Source: Gammaproteobacteria bacterium (GTDB lineage: Bacteria; Pseudomonadota; Gammaproteobacteria; Steroidobacterales; Steroidobacteraceae). From it: a stretch of 64,000 nt of DNA. The notes under the pieces were generated by a model, which saw only the letters and a list, made by a program, of their open reading frames with translations, was not told the origin of the DNA and searched no databases. The first letter of the stretch is position 1; each line of letters begins with the position of its first letter. Shown here piece after piece: positions 1-10,894 of the stretch. The position numbers and the translations under genes were made by a program. The stretch lies in assembly GCA_005878095.1 (NCBI GenBank), contig VBNH01000072.1, positions 20,553 through 84,552 on the forward strand, read 5' to 3'.

Positions 1-676
1 GTCTTTGAATCGCACTCTGGCTGCCGTTGGACTGCAGGCGACGACGCAGAGCCAGATGTTGATCACGCCGATGGCGCAGTGTCTCTCCGCCCCAGATCCG
101 GCCCGTGCTGGTGGCGGCGAGAGTATTTTCCCCGACATCCACGCCCATCACGGGGCCGGATGTCACCGATTCGCTGTCAGCCGACTCGACGACGAGATTG
201 AAAAACCAGCGTCCTCGGCGAAACAACAGTTCGGCTTCTTTCGGCAGACCGCTCGCCAGGATCTTTCGCTGGTGATCTCCGAGGATCATCGGCATCAGCA
301 GGCGTCCCTGCAGGGTGTTGAGCGAGACCGCCTCGCCCTTGAGCGTATAGGTGCGATGGTCGAAATGGACGCTGGTGCGGTCAAAAGACAGAGGCGGAAC
401 CGGCGTGTCCTGGGGTATACGTCCCAGAGCTCGTTGCGAACGATACGCCTTGCACACCGAGAAGATCGCGTTGCACGCCAGCTGCGCGCCCAAGGAGGTC
501 TCCTGCCGCAAGCTTCGGTACCCGAGCTGATGCAAGGCGACCCGATTCCAACAGCGCGCGGCTTGCACCAGCGGTACGAGCCGATTGCAGGCCTCAGCGT
601 AGGCCGTCCGCAATGCACTCAATCTGGCGACCTGCTCCGGCGTCACCTTCAGTCGAATGCAGGCGGTGCGCATCAT
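1..676 (-). CDS. tnpB: IS200/IS605-family TnpB (OrfB, IS1341-type) RNA-guided endonuclease, N-terminal ~225 aa; the rest lies beyond the window start
   Basis: Absent from the supplied ORF track because it runs off the edge. My minus-strand translation from ATG at 676 reads MMRTACIRLKVTPEQVARLSALRTAYAEACNRLV...FDRTSVHFDHRTYTLKGEAVSLNTLQGRLLMPMILGDHQRKIL...GRWFFNLVVE...VMGVDVGENTLAATSTGRIWGG. The N-terminal layout followed by a GVDxGxxxLA RuvC-I aspartate motif is typical of TnpB/OrfB. The listed + ORF 5..832 is its antisense shadow. Confidence 0.8.
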   Translation of the reverse strand, partial: MMRTACIRLKVTPEQVARLSALRTAYAEACNRLVPLVQAARCWNRVALHQLGYRSLRQETSLGAQLACNAIFSVCKAYRSQRALGRIPQDTPVPPLSFDRTSVHFDHRTYTLKGEAVSLNTLQGRLLMPMILGDHQRKILASGLPKEAELLFRRGRWFFNLVVESADSESVTSGPVMGVDVGENTLAATSTGRIWGGETLRHRRDQHLALRRRLQSNGSQSAIQR

Positions 677-770
677 GCTTTAGCGCCTCTGGGTGACCTG
701 GTAGGCGCAGTTCCGGTTGGTCACCAGATCAACCATGCGGTAGATGGTGACCTGTATGTTCATACAGATC
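1..770 (-). mobile_element. 5' part of an IS1341-like (tnpB-only) insertion element; outer boundary uncertain
   Basis: There is no tnpA between tnpB (start 676) and the next gene (829). The upstream leader has an inverted repeat GGTGACC/GGTCACC (692-698/719-725) and a 16-nt palindrome CTGTATGTTCATACAG (752-767). These could be IS200/IS605-type subterminal hairpins. The element end itself was not identified. Confidence 0.4.
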
Positions 771-828
771 AAGGCTTGCCCGCCATTCCTCCCCTGACTG
801 AAGTTAGGGGCTTCCTTGCGGAGACTTT

Positions 829-1158
829 ATGAACGTCCCTGCCTTGTTGACCATGGCCGTGCTCGTGGGCTGGCTCGCCACCCTGATCACGCATGCCGAG
901 ACCGACGATGTCTCCCTCCCGGATTTCGCCGTCGCGGTCGGTGCTGCGGCACTGGCCGGCGGGCTGCTCGCGCCTTTGCTCGGCATACCGCCGACCGGCG
1001 AGTTCGGGTTCACCCTGTCGGGGACGCTGTTCTCGTGGGCCTGTGCGACGCTTCTGCTGGGCACGGTCAACCTGCTGCGCTTCGGTACCCCACGACGCAA
1101 CCGTCGCGCGGGCGCCAGACCCGTGGGCCCGCTGGCAAACACCGGCCACAAGCTTTGA
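829..1158 (+). CDS. small integral membrane protein, GlsB/YeaQ/YmgE-like (tentative)
   Basis: 109-aa ORF with G/A-rich hydrophobic helices (LLTMAVLVGWLATLI, AVAVGAAALAGGLLAPLLG, LFSWACATLLLGTVNLL) and a basic tail. Family assignment rests on general resemblance only. Confidence 0.45.
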   Translation: MNVPALLTMAVLVGWLATLITHAETDDVSLPDFAVAVGAAALAGGLLAPLLGIPPTGEFGFTLSGTLFSWACATLLLGTVNLLRFGTPRRNRRAGARPVGPLANTGHKL

Positions 1159-1367
1159 GGGCTCTGCTACGGCGCTGGTCGCCGCGCGCAGCGCCCAGCA
1201 CCGCCCCCAGCACCGCCCGTAGCACCTGGGACTGGTGTGCAGTCCCCGCTGCCGGCTCACCGGCTTCCCATCTTGCGCCGCAAGTTCCCTCGCCTACGCG
1301 CGTCATTGATGGTGCCCGAGGCCGGCTGCAGCTTGCCGCTTACTGGTAAACGGTATACACTGCCCGC

Positions 1368-1652
1368 GTGGCGATACGGGGGTTCAGGTGTGCCGACACG
1401 CAAGAGCTTTTCGAGACAGGAAGGTCACAACGGTTCGGGGCCATCCGCAAGCCCGCGACCCGAAAGCTCGGAATGCTCGATGCCGCGACAGTACTGCAGG
1501 ACTTGGCGTCGCCACCGGGAAACCGGCTGGAGCCGCTAACCGGAGATAGAGCAGGACAGCACAGCATAAGGATCAATCGACAGTGGCGCGTCTGCTTTGT
1601 GTGGACCGAGGCGGGTCCGGTAGACGTTGAGATAAGCAACCACTACGACTAG
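1368..1652 (+). CDS. higB: HigB toxin (RelE/ParE superfamily, plasmid maintenance system killer family)
   Basis: 94 aa. The motifs ...ATRKLGMLDAATVLQDLASPPGNRLEPLTGDRAGQHSIRINRQWRVCFVW match the HigB pattern as I recall it. The gene ends 15 nt before its antitoxin gene, in toxin-first HigBA order. Confidence 0.85.
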   Translation: MAIRGFRCADTQELFETGRSQRFGAIRKPATRKLGMLDAATVLQDLASPPGNRLEPLTGDRAGQHSIRINRQWRVCFVWTEAGPVDVEISNHYD

Positions 1653-1667
1653 GACATAGAGAGAGAC

Positions 1668-1982
1668 ATGGCTTTCAAGAACGGAATGCGGCCGGTACAC
1701 CCCGGCGAGGTGCTTCGCGCGGAGTATCTCGAGCCATTGGGTTTGAGCGCGAACGCGCTCGCCAAGGCTTTGCACCTCTCGCCCTCGCGCGTCAATGACA
1801 TCGTTCTGGAGCGTCGCGGAATCACGGCGGACACCGCAGTGAGGCTCGCGCGCTACTTCAACAGCAGCGCGCAGTTCTGGCTCAACCTGCAGTCCGCGTA
1901 TGACCTTCGCGAGGCAGAGCTATCCGCGAAAATGCGCAAGGTTGTGCGTGAAATTGAGCCGCGCGCGGCAGAGGTCGCCTGA
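1668..1982 (+). CDS. higA: HigA antitoxin (XRE-type HTH, VapI family)
   Basis: 104 aa. HPGEVLRAEYLEPLGLSANALAKALHLSPSRVNDIVLERRGITADTAVRLARYFNSSAQFWLNLQSAYDL is the classic HigA/VapI HTH signature. Confidence 0.9.
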   Translation: MAFKNGMRPVHPGEVLRAEYLEPLGLSANALAKALHLSPSRVNDIVLERRGITADTAVRLARYFNSSAQFWLNLQSAYDLREAELSAKMRKVVREIEPRAAEVA

Positions 1983-1995
1983 ACAGGGCTGCCCG

Positions 1996-2793
1996 TTACG
2001 TTCTGACGGCTTCATAGTCGGCGCCGCCTGAACTCGAGACGACGTCCCAAGTCTCGGCGAGGAGCTGCGGCAGAACACTGCCAGATGGGCCCCGAATCGC
2101 AACGCTCACCGACCCATCGAGATCGGTAGGATTAGGGTTGATCTGCAGAGTCGTGGCGCCAGCGGCGATCGCGATCTCCGGCAGCGACGCCGCCGGGTAA
2201 ACCAGCGATGAGGTCCCGGCACAGATGAGCACATCGCAATCCTTGGCTGCTTCACGGGCTGCTGCCCACGTCGGGCCAGGCAGGCTCTCGCCGAACCACA
2301 CGACTCCGGGCCGAATTCTGGCTCCGCACGTATCACAGCGCGGCGGCTCGATTCGCGCGCCGCCTCGCGGCAGCTGCGGGATCCCGTCAGGAAAGACATA
2401 GGGTCGCCTGCACGCTTCGCAATAAGGCCGCGCCAGCTCGCCGTGCAAATGCAGGACCGCCCGGCTCCCGGCCCGCTCATGTAAGTCATCCACATTCTGG
2501 GTAATGAGGGTCAGCCGGGGCACACGGTCTCCCATGGCGGCAATCGCAAGGTGACCGGCATTGGGCTTGGCGGCGCGCACAGCCGCCCGGCGCGATTCGT
2601 ACCAGCCCCACACAAGAGCTGGATCGCGTTCAAACGCAGACGGCGTAGCGAGGTCTTCTGCTTTGAAGGTTTCCCACAGGCCGGTCTGCTTGTCGCGAAA
2701 CGTCGGCAAGCCGCTCTCGGCAGACACCCCGGCACCTGTCAGGACGACGACCCGCTTCGCGTCACGCAGTGATTTGATGATCCTCTCGTCCAC
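1996..2793 (-). CDS. cobB: NAD-dependent protein deacylase, Sir2/CobB family
   Basis: Motifs GAGVSAESGLPTFR, QNVDDLHERAG, a Zn ribbon CEAC...CDTC, and VVWFGE. I set the start at the in-frame GTG at 2793. The ORF-track N-terminus (to 3000) runs through the tRNA-Leu 3' exon and intron and is not credible. Confidence 0.85.
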   Translation of the reverse strand: MDERIIKSLRDAKRVVVLTGAGVSAESGLPTFRDKQTGLWETFKAEDLATPSAFERDPALVWGWYESRRAAVRAAKPNAGHLAIAAMGDRVPRLTLITQNVDDLHERAGSRAVLHLHGELARPYCEACRRPYVFPDGIPQLPRGGARIEPPRCDTCGARIRPGVVWFGESLPGPTWAAAREAAKDCDVLICAGTSSLVYPAASLPEIAIAAGATTLQINPNPTDLDGSVSVAIRGPSGSVLPQLLAETWDVVSSSGGADYEAVRT

Positions 2794-2843
2794 AGTGCTC
2801 GGCTCAGTTACACCGATGACGGGCCGCAGCCGGCTGCGGCGAA

Positions 2844-2879
2844 TTTGTGGTGACCGCGGGCCGCGCGGTTCTCCACAAA
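2844..2879 (-). terminator. imperfect GC-rich hairpin immediately 3' of tRNA-Leu (possible terminator or processing signal)
   Basis: Minus-strand reading: TTTGTGG-AGA-ACCGCG-CGGCC-CGCGGT-CA-CCACAAA, starting 2 nt after the tRNA discriminator base. It is followed by a perfect 18-nt palindrome GCCGCAGCCGGCTGCGGC (2823-2840). There is no clear U-tract. Confidence 0.35.
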
Positions 2880-2880
2880 A

Positions 2881-3202
2881 TGCCCGAGGTCGGAGTCGAA
2901 CCGACACGCTTTTAAGGGCGGCGGATTTTCCTGCCACTTCGGCTTTCGCCGCCCCGGGCAGAGCACCCGCCAGGGTTCGTGGTCTGGAGCACGCCTTCAC
3001 CGTGGCCTTCTAGGCCGTAGGTGCCCGCCGTCTGCTCTCTACACCTTCCCTCGCGCTTGCGAAGGCTTGGCTCGGCATCAGCTCGAAGGCGAACCGCTCA
3101 GGGCCTTCGCCGAGTTTGACGGGCTTCACCTCGGGGATTTCTCCGCGAGGGCTCAAGTCGTTGGTCTGAGTCCGCTGCGTCTACCAATTCCGCCACTCGG
3201 GC
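2881..3202 (-). tRNA. tRNA-Leu(CAA), interrupted by a group I intron
   Basis: Minus-strand 5' exon GCCCGAGTGGCGGAATTGGTAGACGCAGCGGACTC (3202..3168). 3' exon AAAATCCGCCGCCCTTAAAAGCGTGTCGGTTCGACTCCGACCTCGGGCA (2929..2881). Joined exons give an 84-nt tRNA: acceptor GCCCGAG/CTCGGGC, discriminator A73, Leu-type D arm, anticodon stem GCGGA/TCCGC with loop CUCAAAA, long variable arm, and T arm GTCGG-TTCGACT-CCGAC. CCA is not encoded. Confidence 0.8.
2930..3167 (-). ncRNA. group I intron, IC3-like (tRNA-anticodon-loop type), 238 nt, no ORF
   Basis: The minus strand contains blocks close to the Azoarcus tRNA-Ile and cyanobacterial/plastid trnL(UAA) introns as I recall them. These are a UUGAGCC guide region, a P2-like hairpin CCUCGCGGA-GAAA-UCCCCGAGG, GUCAAACUCGGCGAA, GCCGAGCCAAGCC, and GAAGGUGUAGAGAGCAGACGG. 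The 3' hairpin is CGGC-GAAA-GCCG, and a terminal G (2930) precedes the AAAAUCC exon. Confidence 0.8.
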
Positions 3203-3342
3203 GCCGAGTGTTCATTCCCGTTGGAAACCGGGCGCGCAGCAGTATAGGGCCGCGCGCCCGCGAAGGGTATGCGCCCGGCGCAGGTGTCGGCGGCGGCGGG
3301 AGCAGTGCGACCTTTTGCCCCGCTCGCGCATCTAAACAACCC

Positions 3343-3924
3343 GTGACCCGACTGGCGGAAATCACCGTTCCCCACGCGGTGCTGGCGCGAGCGTGCGCGG
3401 GGGATGAGCAGGCGCAGGGGGCGATTTATGCCGCCGTGGCGCCCGCAACCCTCACCCTGATCCGGCGCATCGTGGGGCAGCGAGCGATGTCAGAGGACCT
3501 GTTCCAGGACACGATGATGACCTTCTACGAACGCCTGCCGCAGTTTCGCGGCGAGGCCCCGCTCGGGGCGTGGCTGCGGCAGATCGCGATTTCCCGCTGC
3601 CTGATGTACCTGCGTTCGCCGTGGAGGCGTTTGTGCCTGTCCCTGGACCCGGCTGACTTCGGGATGAGCGCCGCCGCGGCTGCCCTGGTGACGCAGGACT
3701 ACCGGGGCGAATCCATCGACCTCGAGCGCGCCCTCGCCACGCTCGCACCCACGGCACGCGCGGTCGTGTGGATGTACGAAGTGGAGGGTTACTCCCACCA
3801 GGAGATTGCCTGCGCCTTCGGGCGCACCGTGAGCTTTTCCAAGTCGCAGCTCGCGCGCGCGCACCTGCGGCTGCGTGCCTGGCTCGAGCCGCAGGGAAAC
3901 CGCCCGTCATGCACCCTGATCTAG
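3343..3924 (+). CDS. ECF (sigma-70 family, group IV) RNA polymerase sigma factor
   Basis: Region 2-like FQDTMMTFYERLPQFRGEAPLGAWLRQIAISRCLMYLR and region 4 HTH VVWMYEVEGYSHQEIACAFGRTVSFSKSQLARAHLRL. Start placed at the in-frame GTG at 3343, because the ORF-track start at 3067 lies inside the tRNA-Leu gene. Confidence 0.8.
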   Translation: MTRLAEITVPHAVLARACAGDEQAQGAIYAAVAPATLTLIRRIVGQRAMSEDLFQDTMMTFYERLPQFRGEAPLGAWLRQIAISRCLMYLRSPWRRLCLSLDPADFGMSAAAAALVTQDYRGESIDLERALATLAPTARAVVWMYEVEGYSHQEIACAFGRTVSFSKSQLARAHLRLRAWLEPQGNRPSCTLI

Positions 3925-4433
3925 ATCGCGAGCGCTCGCTCGCCCGCCGCCTGCGCGAGTTGCCCGAGGAGGCGGCGCAGCCGTACGGCTGGCGTGAATT
4001 TCAACGCCGTTCGCTCGCGCGTACGCGCCCCGCACAGGGGCTCGCCGGCGGCCGCGCGGTCGCCACCGCCGGTGTGCTCGCGCTCGGCGTCATCGCGGTG
4101 TGGGCGCGCCTGGGCGGTTGGTCCCCGCAGCCCGCGCGCCCGCAGTCCGCGCTCACAGCACCTTTGCCCTCGAGCGCGGCCGGGCACACCGCCGCCATGG
4201 AGCGCTGGTTGGCGAGCCTGCCGAGTGAGCCGGCCGTGGTACACGTGGGTACGCGCGCAGCGGTGACCGGGCTCGAGGATCGCATCGCGCAGGTCGATGA
4301 CCTGCTCAGTGCCGAGCGCCTGGATCAGGCCCATCCGGCGCGGCTGCTGGCCCTGCAGCAGGCGCGCACGCGCCTGGTCGGAGCGCTGGTGCAGGTGCGT
4401 TACGCGGAAACCCTGGCCGATGAGTCGCGCTGA
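3909..4433 (+). CDS. putative anti-sigma factor (single-pass membrane protein)
   Basis: ATG at 3909 overlaps the sigma gene end by 16 nt. One hydrophobic span (AVATAGVLALGVIAVWARLGG) follows a short charged N-terminal segment. The call rests on position and topology only. Confidence 0.55.
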   Translation: MHPDLDRERSLARRLRELPEEAAQPYGWREFQRRSLARTRPAQGLAGGRAVATAGVLALGVIAVWARLGGWSPQPARPQSALTAPLPSSAAGHTAAMERWLASLPSEPAVVHVGTRAAVTGLEDRIAQVDDLLSAERLDQAHPARLLALQQARTRLVGALVQVRYAETLADESR

Positions 4434-4448
4434 AAGCGAGGAGCGAAC

Positions 4449-7651
<3,203 letters not shown>

Positions 7652-7682
7652 TGCCGCCCTTTTCGCCGCCCGGACTGTTTAC

Positions 7683-8012
7683 ATGAATGCCTTGATCCCC
7701 GACGCCTGGGCGCAGGCGACACCCGGCGCGCCCGGCGGGCAGTTCCAGTTCGCGCTGCTGATGGCGGCGTTCATCGCGCTGTTCTATTTCATGCTGATCC
7801 GGCCGCAGCAGAAGCGCGCCAAGGAGCACCAGGCGCTGGTGTCGAAGCTCGCCGCCGGAGACGAGGTGGTGACCACCGGCGGCCTGCTCGGGCGGGTCAC
7901 CGATGTTGGCGACACCTTCGTGACGCTCGAGATCGCCGACGGCGTGCGCGTCAAGGTGCAGAAGGTCCAGATCGCCCAGCTGATGCCCAAGGGCACCCTG
8001 AAGGGCGCCTGA
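7683..8012 (+). CDS. yajC: preprotein translocase subunit YajC
   Basis: FALLMAAFIALFYFMLIRPQQKRAKEHQALVSKLAAGDEVVTTGGLLGRV is the YajC signature. It sits upstream of secDF. Confidence 0.9.
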   Translation: MNALIPDAWAQATPGAPGGQFQFALLMAAFIALFYFMLIRPQQKRAKEHQALVSKLAAGDEVVTTGGLLGRVTDVGDTFVTLEIADGVRVKVQKVQIAQLMPKGTLKGA

Positions 8013-8014
8013 AC

Positions 8015-9886
8015 ATGCTCGAATACGCCCGTTGGAAATACCTGCTGGTTGCGGCCGTGCTGCTGCTCGCCATGCTGTTCGCGCTGCCGAACGTGTTCGG
8101 CGAGGACCCCGCGCTGCAGGTGGAGCGCAAGGACCACAACCCGGTGACCCTCGAGGCCTCGCGCGCGGTGGAGTCGTTTCTCACCCAGCGCCACATCCGC
8201 GTCGACAGGAGCTACATCGACGGCGGGCGCCTGATGGTGCGCTTCGCCAACGTGCCCGACCAGCTGGCGGCGCGCGACGCGGTCAACGAGCAGTACGCCG
8301 ACATCTACCGGACGGCGCTGTCGTTCGCACCCCGCACGCCGGAGCTGCTGCGTACGCTCGGGTTGCGCCCGATGCCGCTCGGGCTCGATCTGCGCGGTGG
8401 CCTGTATCTGCTCTACCAGGTCGACGTGGGCGCCGCGGTCAGCCAGGCGCTGGAGGGCTACGCGCAGGACGCGCGGCGCGCACTCGCCGGCGCCAACGTT
8501 GCGGTGAAGGACGTGACCACGGTCGCGGTGGGGAGTGAGCGGCCCAACGCCGTGCGGGTGGTGTTGCCGCCCGAGGCCGACGTCAATGCCGCGCGCAGCG
8601 CCCTCACTCAACCGCTCGCCGGGCTCACCGTCGCCACGGAGAGTCTGGCCAGCGGCTCGGCCCTCACCGGGGTGCTGACGCCGGCGCAGATCCGCGAGCG
8701 CCAGGACTACGCGATCCAGCAGAACATCACCACGCTGCGCAACCGCGTGAACGAGCTCGGCGTGTCCGAGCCGATCGTGCAGCGCCAGGGGGTCGACCGC
8801 ATCAACGTGCAGCTGCCGGGCGTGCAGAACTCGGCCGAGGTGAAGGACATTCTCGGCCGGGTGGCGACGCTGGAGTTCCGTCTCGAGGACATGCAGAACA
8901 ACGCCTACGAGGCCCAGCAGCTTGGGCGGGCGCCGCTCGGCTCCAAGCTCTACACCCACACGCGCTTCGGTCGCCCGGTGCTGCTGAAGCGCGAAGTGAT
9001 CGCCACCGGGGACCAGCTCACCAACGCCACCACCGGGCAGTCGCAGGAAGGTCCGGCGGTGAACATCAAGCTCGACGCGCGCGCCGGCGAGAGCATGCTG
9101 AAAACCACGCGGGCGAACCTCAACAAACGCATGGCGGTGGTGCTGATCGAGAAGCGGCGCGAGGTGAGCGAGGTCGGCGGCAGGAAGGTGAACCGCGAGG
9201 TGACCGATGAGGAGGTCATCAACGACGCCACCATCCGCGGCATATTCAGCAACAACTTCCAGATCACCGGGCTGGCGGCCGGTGAGGCGCGGGAACTCGC
9301 GCTGCTGCTGCGCTCCGGATCGCTCGCGATCCCTCTCTACCCGATCGAGGAGCGCGCCGTGGGACCCAGCCTCGGCCGCGACAACATCGACAAGGGCGTC
9401 ACGGCGCTGATCGTGGGCATGGCCGGGGTGTTCCTGTTCATGGCGATCTATTACCGCACCTTCGGCCTGGTGGCCGACCTGGTGCTGCTCGCCAATGTCG
9501 TGCTGCTGACGGCGCTGCTGTCGATGATGCGCGCCTCGCTCTCGCTCCCCGGTATCGCCGGCATCATCCTCACCGTCGGCATGGCGGTGGACGCCAACGT
9601 GCTGATCTACGAGCGCATCCGCGAGGAGATCCGCAAGGGCGTGTCGCCGCAGGCGGCGATCCGGGCCGGCTTCGAGAAGGCCTTCTCGGCGATCGCGGAT
9701 TCCAACATCACCACCCTGATCGCAGGCCTCGTGCTGTGGGTGTTCGGCACCGGGCCGATCCGCGGCTTCGCCGTCGTGCTCACCCTCGGCATCGCGACCT
9801 CGATGTTCACCTCGCTCATGGGCAGCCGCGCGCTCCTCACCCTCATGTACGGCGGGCGGCGCAAGATCGCGCGCCTGTCGATCTGA
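8015..9886 (+). CDS. secD: protein translocase subunit SecD
   Basis: 623 aa. N-terminal TM segment, large periplasmic domain, C-terminal 5-TM block (GIAGIILTVGMAVDANVLIYERIREE). Confidence 0.95.
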   Translation: MLEYARWKYLLVAAVLLLAMLFALPNVFGEDPALQVERKDHNPVTLEASRAVESFLTQRHIRVDRSYIDGGRLMVRFANVPDQLAARDAVNEQYADIYRTALSFAPRTPELLRTLGLRPMPLGLDLRGGLYLLYQVDVGAAVSQALEGYAQDARRALAGANVAVKDVTTVAVGSERPNAVRVVLPPEADVNAARSALTQPLAGLTVATESLASGSALTGVLTPAQIRERQDYAIQQNITTLRNRVNELGVSEPIVQRQGVDRINVQLPGVQNSAEVKDILGRVATLEFRLEDMQNNAYEAQQLGRAPLGSKLYTHTRFGRPVLLKREVIATGDQLTNATTGQSQEGPAVNIKLDARAGESMLKTTRANLNKRMAVVLIEKRREVSEVGGRKVNREVTDEEVINDATIRGIFSNNFQITGLAAGEARELALLLRSGSLAIPLYPIEERAVGPSLGRDNIDKGVTALIVGMAGVFLFMAIYYRTFGLVADLVLLANVVLLTALLSMMRASLSLPGIAGIILTVGMAVDANVLIYERIREEIRKGVSPQAAIRAGFEKAFSAIADSNITTLIAGLVLWVFGTGPIRGFAVVLTLGIATSMFTSLMGSRALLTLMYGGRRKIARLSI

Positions 9887-9919
9887 CGTAAGCGCCTCAG
9901 GAAGCCGCAAGGACCACAA

Positions 9920-10855
9920 GTGGAATTTTTCAGCCATCAGACCAGCTATCCCTTCATGGCGACGCGCAAGGTGTGGTACACGCTGTCGGCCGTGCTCATG
10001 ATCGTGTCGCTGGCGTCGTTCTTCACGCGCGGCGTGAATCTGACCATCGATTTCACCGGCGGCGTCAGTGCCGAGGTCAGGTTCACGCACGCCGCCAACG
10101 TCGATGAAGTCCGTACCCGGCTCGCTGGCGCGGGCTTCCACGAGCCGCAGGTACAGAACTTCGGCTCCTCGCGCGACATCGCCATCCGCATGCCCCCGGA
10201 CCCCAAGCAGACGGCCACCGAGATTCGCGCCCGCCTCGAGGCGGCGCTCACCGGCATCGACGCCGCCGCCCAGGTGGCGCAGCTGGATGTGGTCGGCCCG
10301 CAGGTGGGGAGCGAGCTGCGGGTGAGCGCCATGTGGGCGCTGTTCTTCACGCTGGTGCTGATCTTCCTGTATATCGCGTTCCGCTTTCACACCTGGCGGC
10401 TGTCCTCCGGCGCGATCCTCGCAGTTCTGCACGACCCGATCCTGGTGCTCGGGTTCTTCTCGATCACCCAGATGCCGTTCGACCTGGCGGTGGTGGCGGC
10501 GATTCTCGCCGTGATCGGTTACTCGCTGAACGACACGGTGGTGGTGTTCGACCGGATCCGCGAGCGCTTCGAGGGCAACCGCCGTTCGCCGCCGGACGTG
10601 GTGCTCGACCAGTCGATCAATCAGACCCTGTCGCGCACCATCATGACCAAGGTGGTCACCTCCATCGTGGTGGTGGCGCTGCTGTTCCTGGGCGGACCGG
10701 TGCTCAAGGGCTTCTCCGCGGCGCTGTTGATCGGCATCATCGCCGGCACCTACTCCTCGATCTACATCTCCAGCGCCATCGCCCTCGATTTCGGGCTCAC
10801 CGCCGAGCACGTGTTCCCGACGGTGAAGAAGGCGGCGTTCGATCACCTGCCGTAG
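9920..10855 (+). CDS. secF: protein translocase subunit SecF
   Basis: 311 aa. IDFTGG motif and YSLNDTVVVFDRIRE; directly follows secD. Confidence 0.95.
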   Translation: MEFFSHQTSYPFMATRKVWYTLSAVLMIVSLASFFTRGVNLTIDFTGGVSAEVRFTHAANVDEVRTRLAGAGFHEPQVQNFGSSRDIAIRMPPDPKQTATEIRARLEAALTGIDAAAQVAQLDVVGPQVGSELRVSAMWALFFTLVLIFLYIAFRFHTWRLSSGAILAVLHDPILVLGFFSITQMPFDLAVVAAILAVIGYSLNDTVVVFDRIRERFEGNRRSPPDVVLDQSINQTLSRTIMTKVVTSIVVVALLFLGGPVLKGFSAALLIGIIAGTYSSIYISSAIALDFGLTAEHVFPTVKKAAFDHLP

Positions 10856-10894
10856 TGGAGTGCCGGTACGCTGCTCGCCGATCCGCACGTCTGG

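Noticed and set aside
5-832. 275-aa + strand ORF at the window start
   Set aside because: It is the antisense shadow of the minus-strand tnpB reading frame, which has clear family motifs. The + frame has no recognisable motifs and an Arg/Ala-rich composition typical of GC-rich non-coding frames.
1996-2793. Sir2 gene as part of an anti-phage system (Thoeris/DSR/SIR2-HerA type), given the TnpB/HigBA neighbourhood
   Set aside because: The protein is a compact canonical CobB-type sirtuin with a Zn ribbon and deacylase motifs. It has no fused TIR, helicase or pAgo domain and no partner gene, so housekeeping deacylase is the parsimonious call.
2794-3342. N-terminal extensions of the track ORFs 1996..3000 (-) and 3067..3924 (+)
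   Set aside because: Both extensions run through the tRNA-Leu exons and group I intron. Conserved Sir2 and ECF-sigma similarity begins only downstream, so the starts were moved to GTG 2793 and GTG 3343.
10856-10894. Possible yybP-ykoY (Mn) riboswitch in front of the TerC-family gene
   Set aside because: Only 39 nt separate the secF stop from the TerC ORF start, far too short for that element, and no conserved motif is seen.
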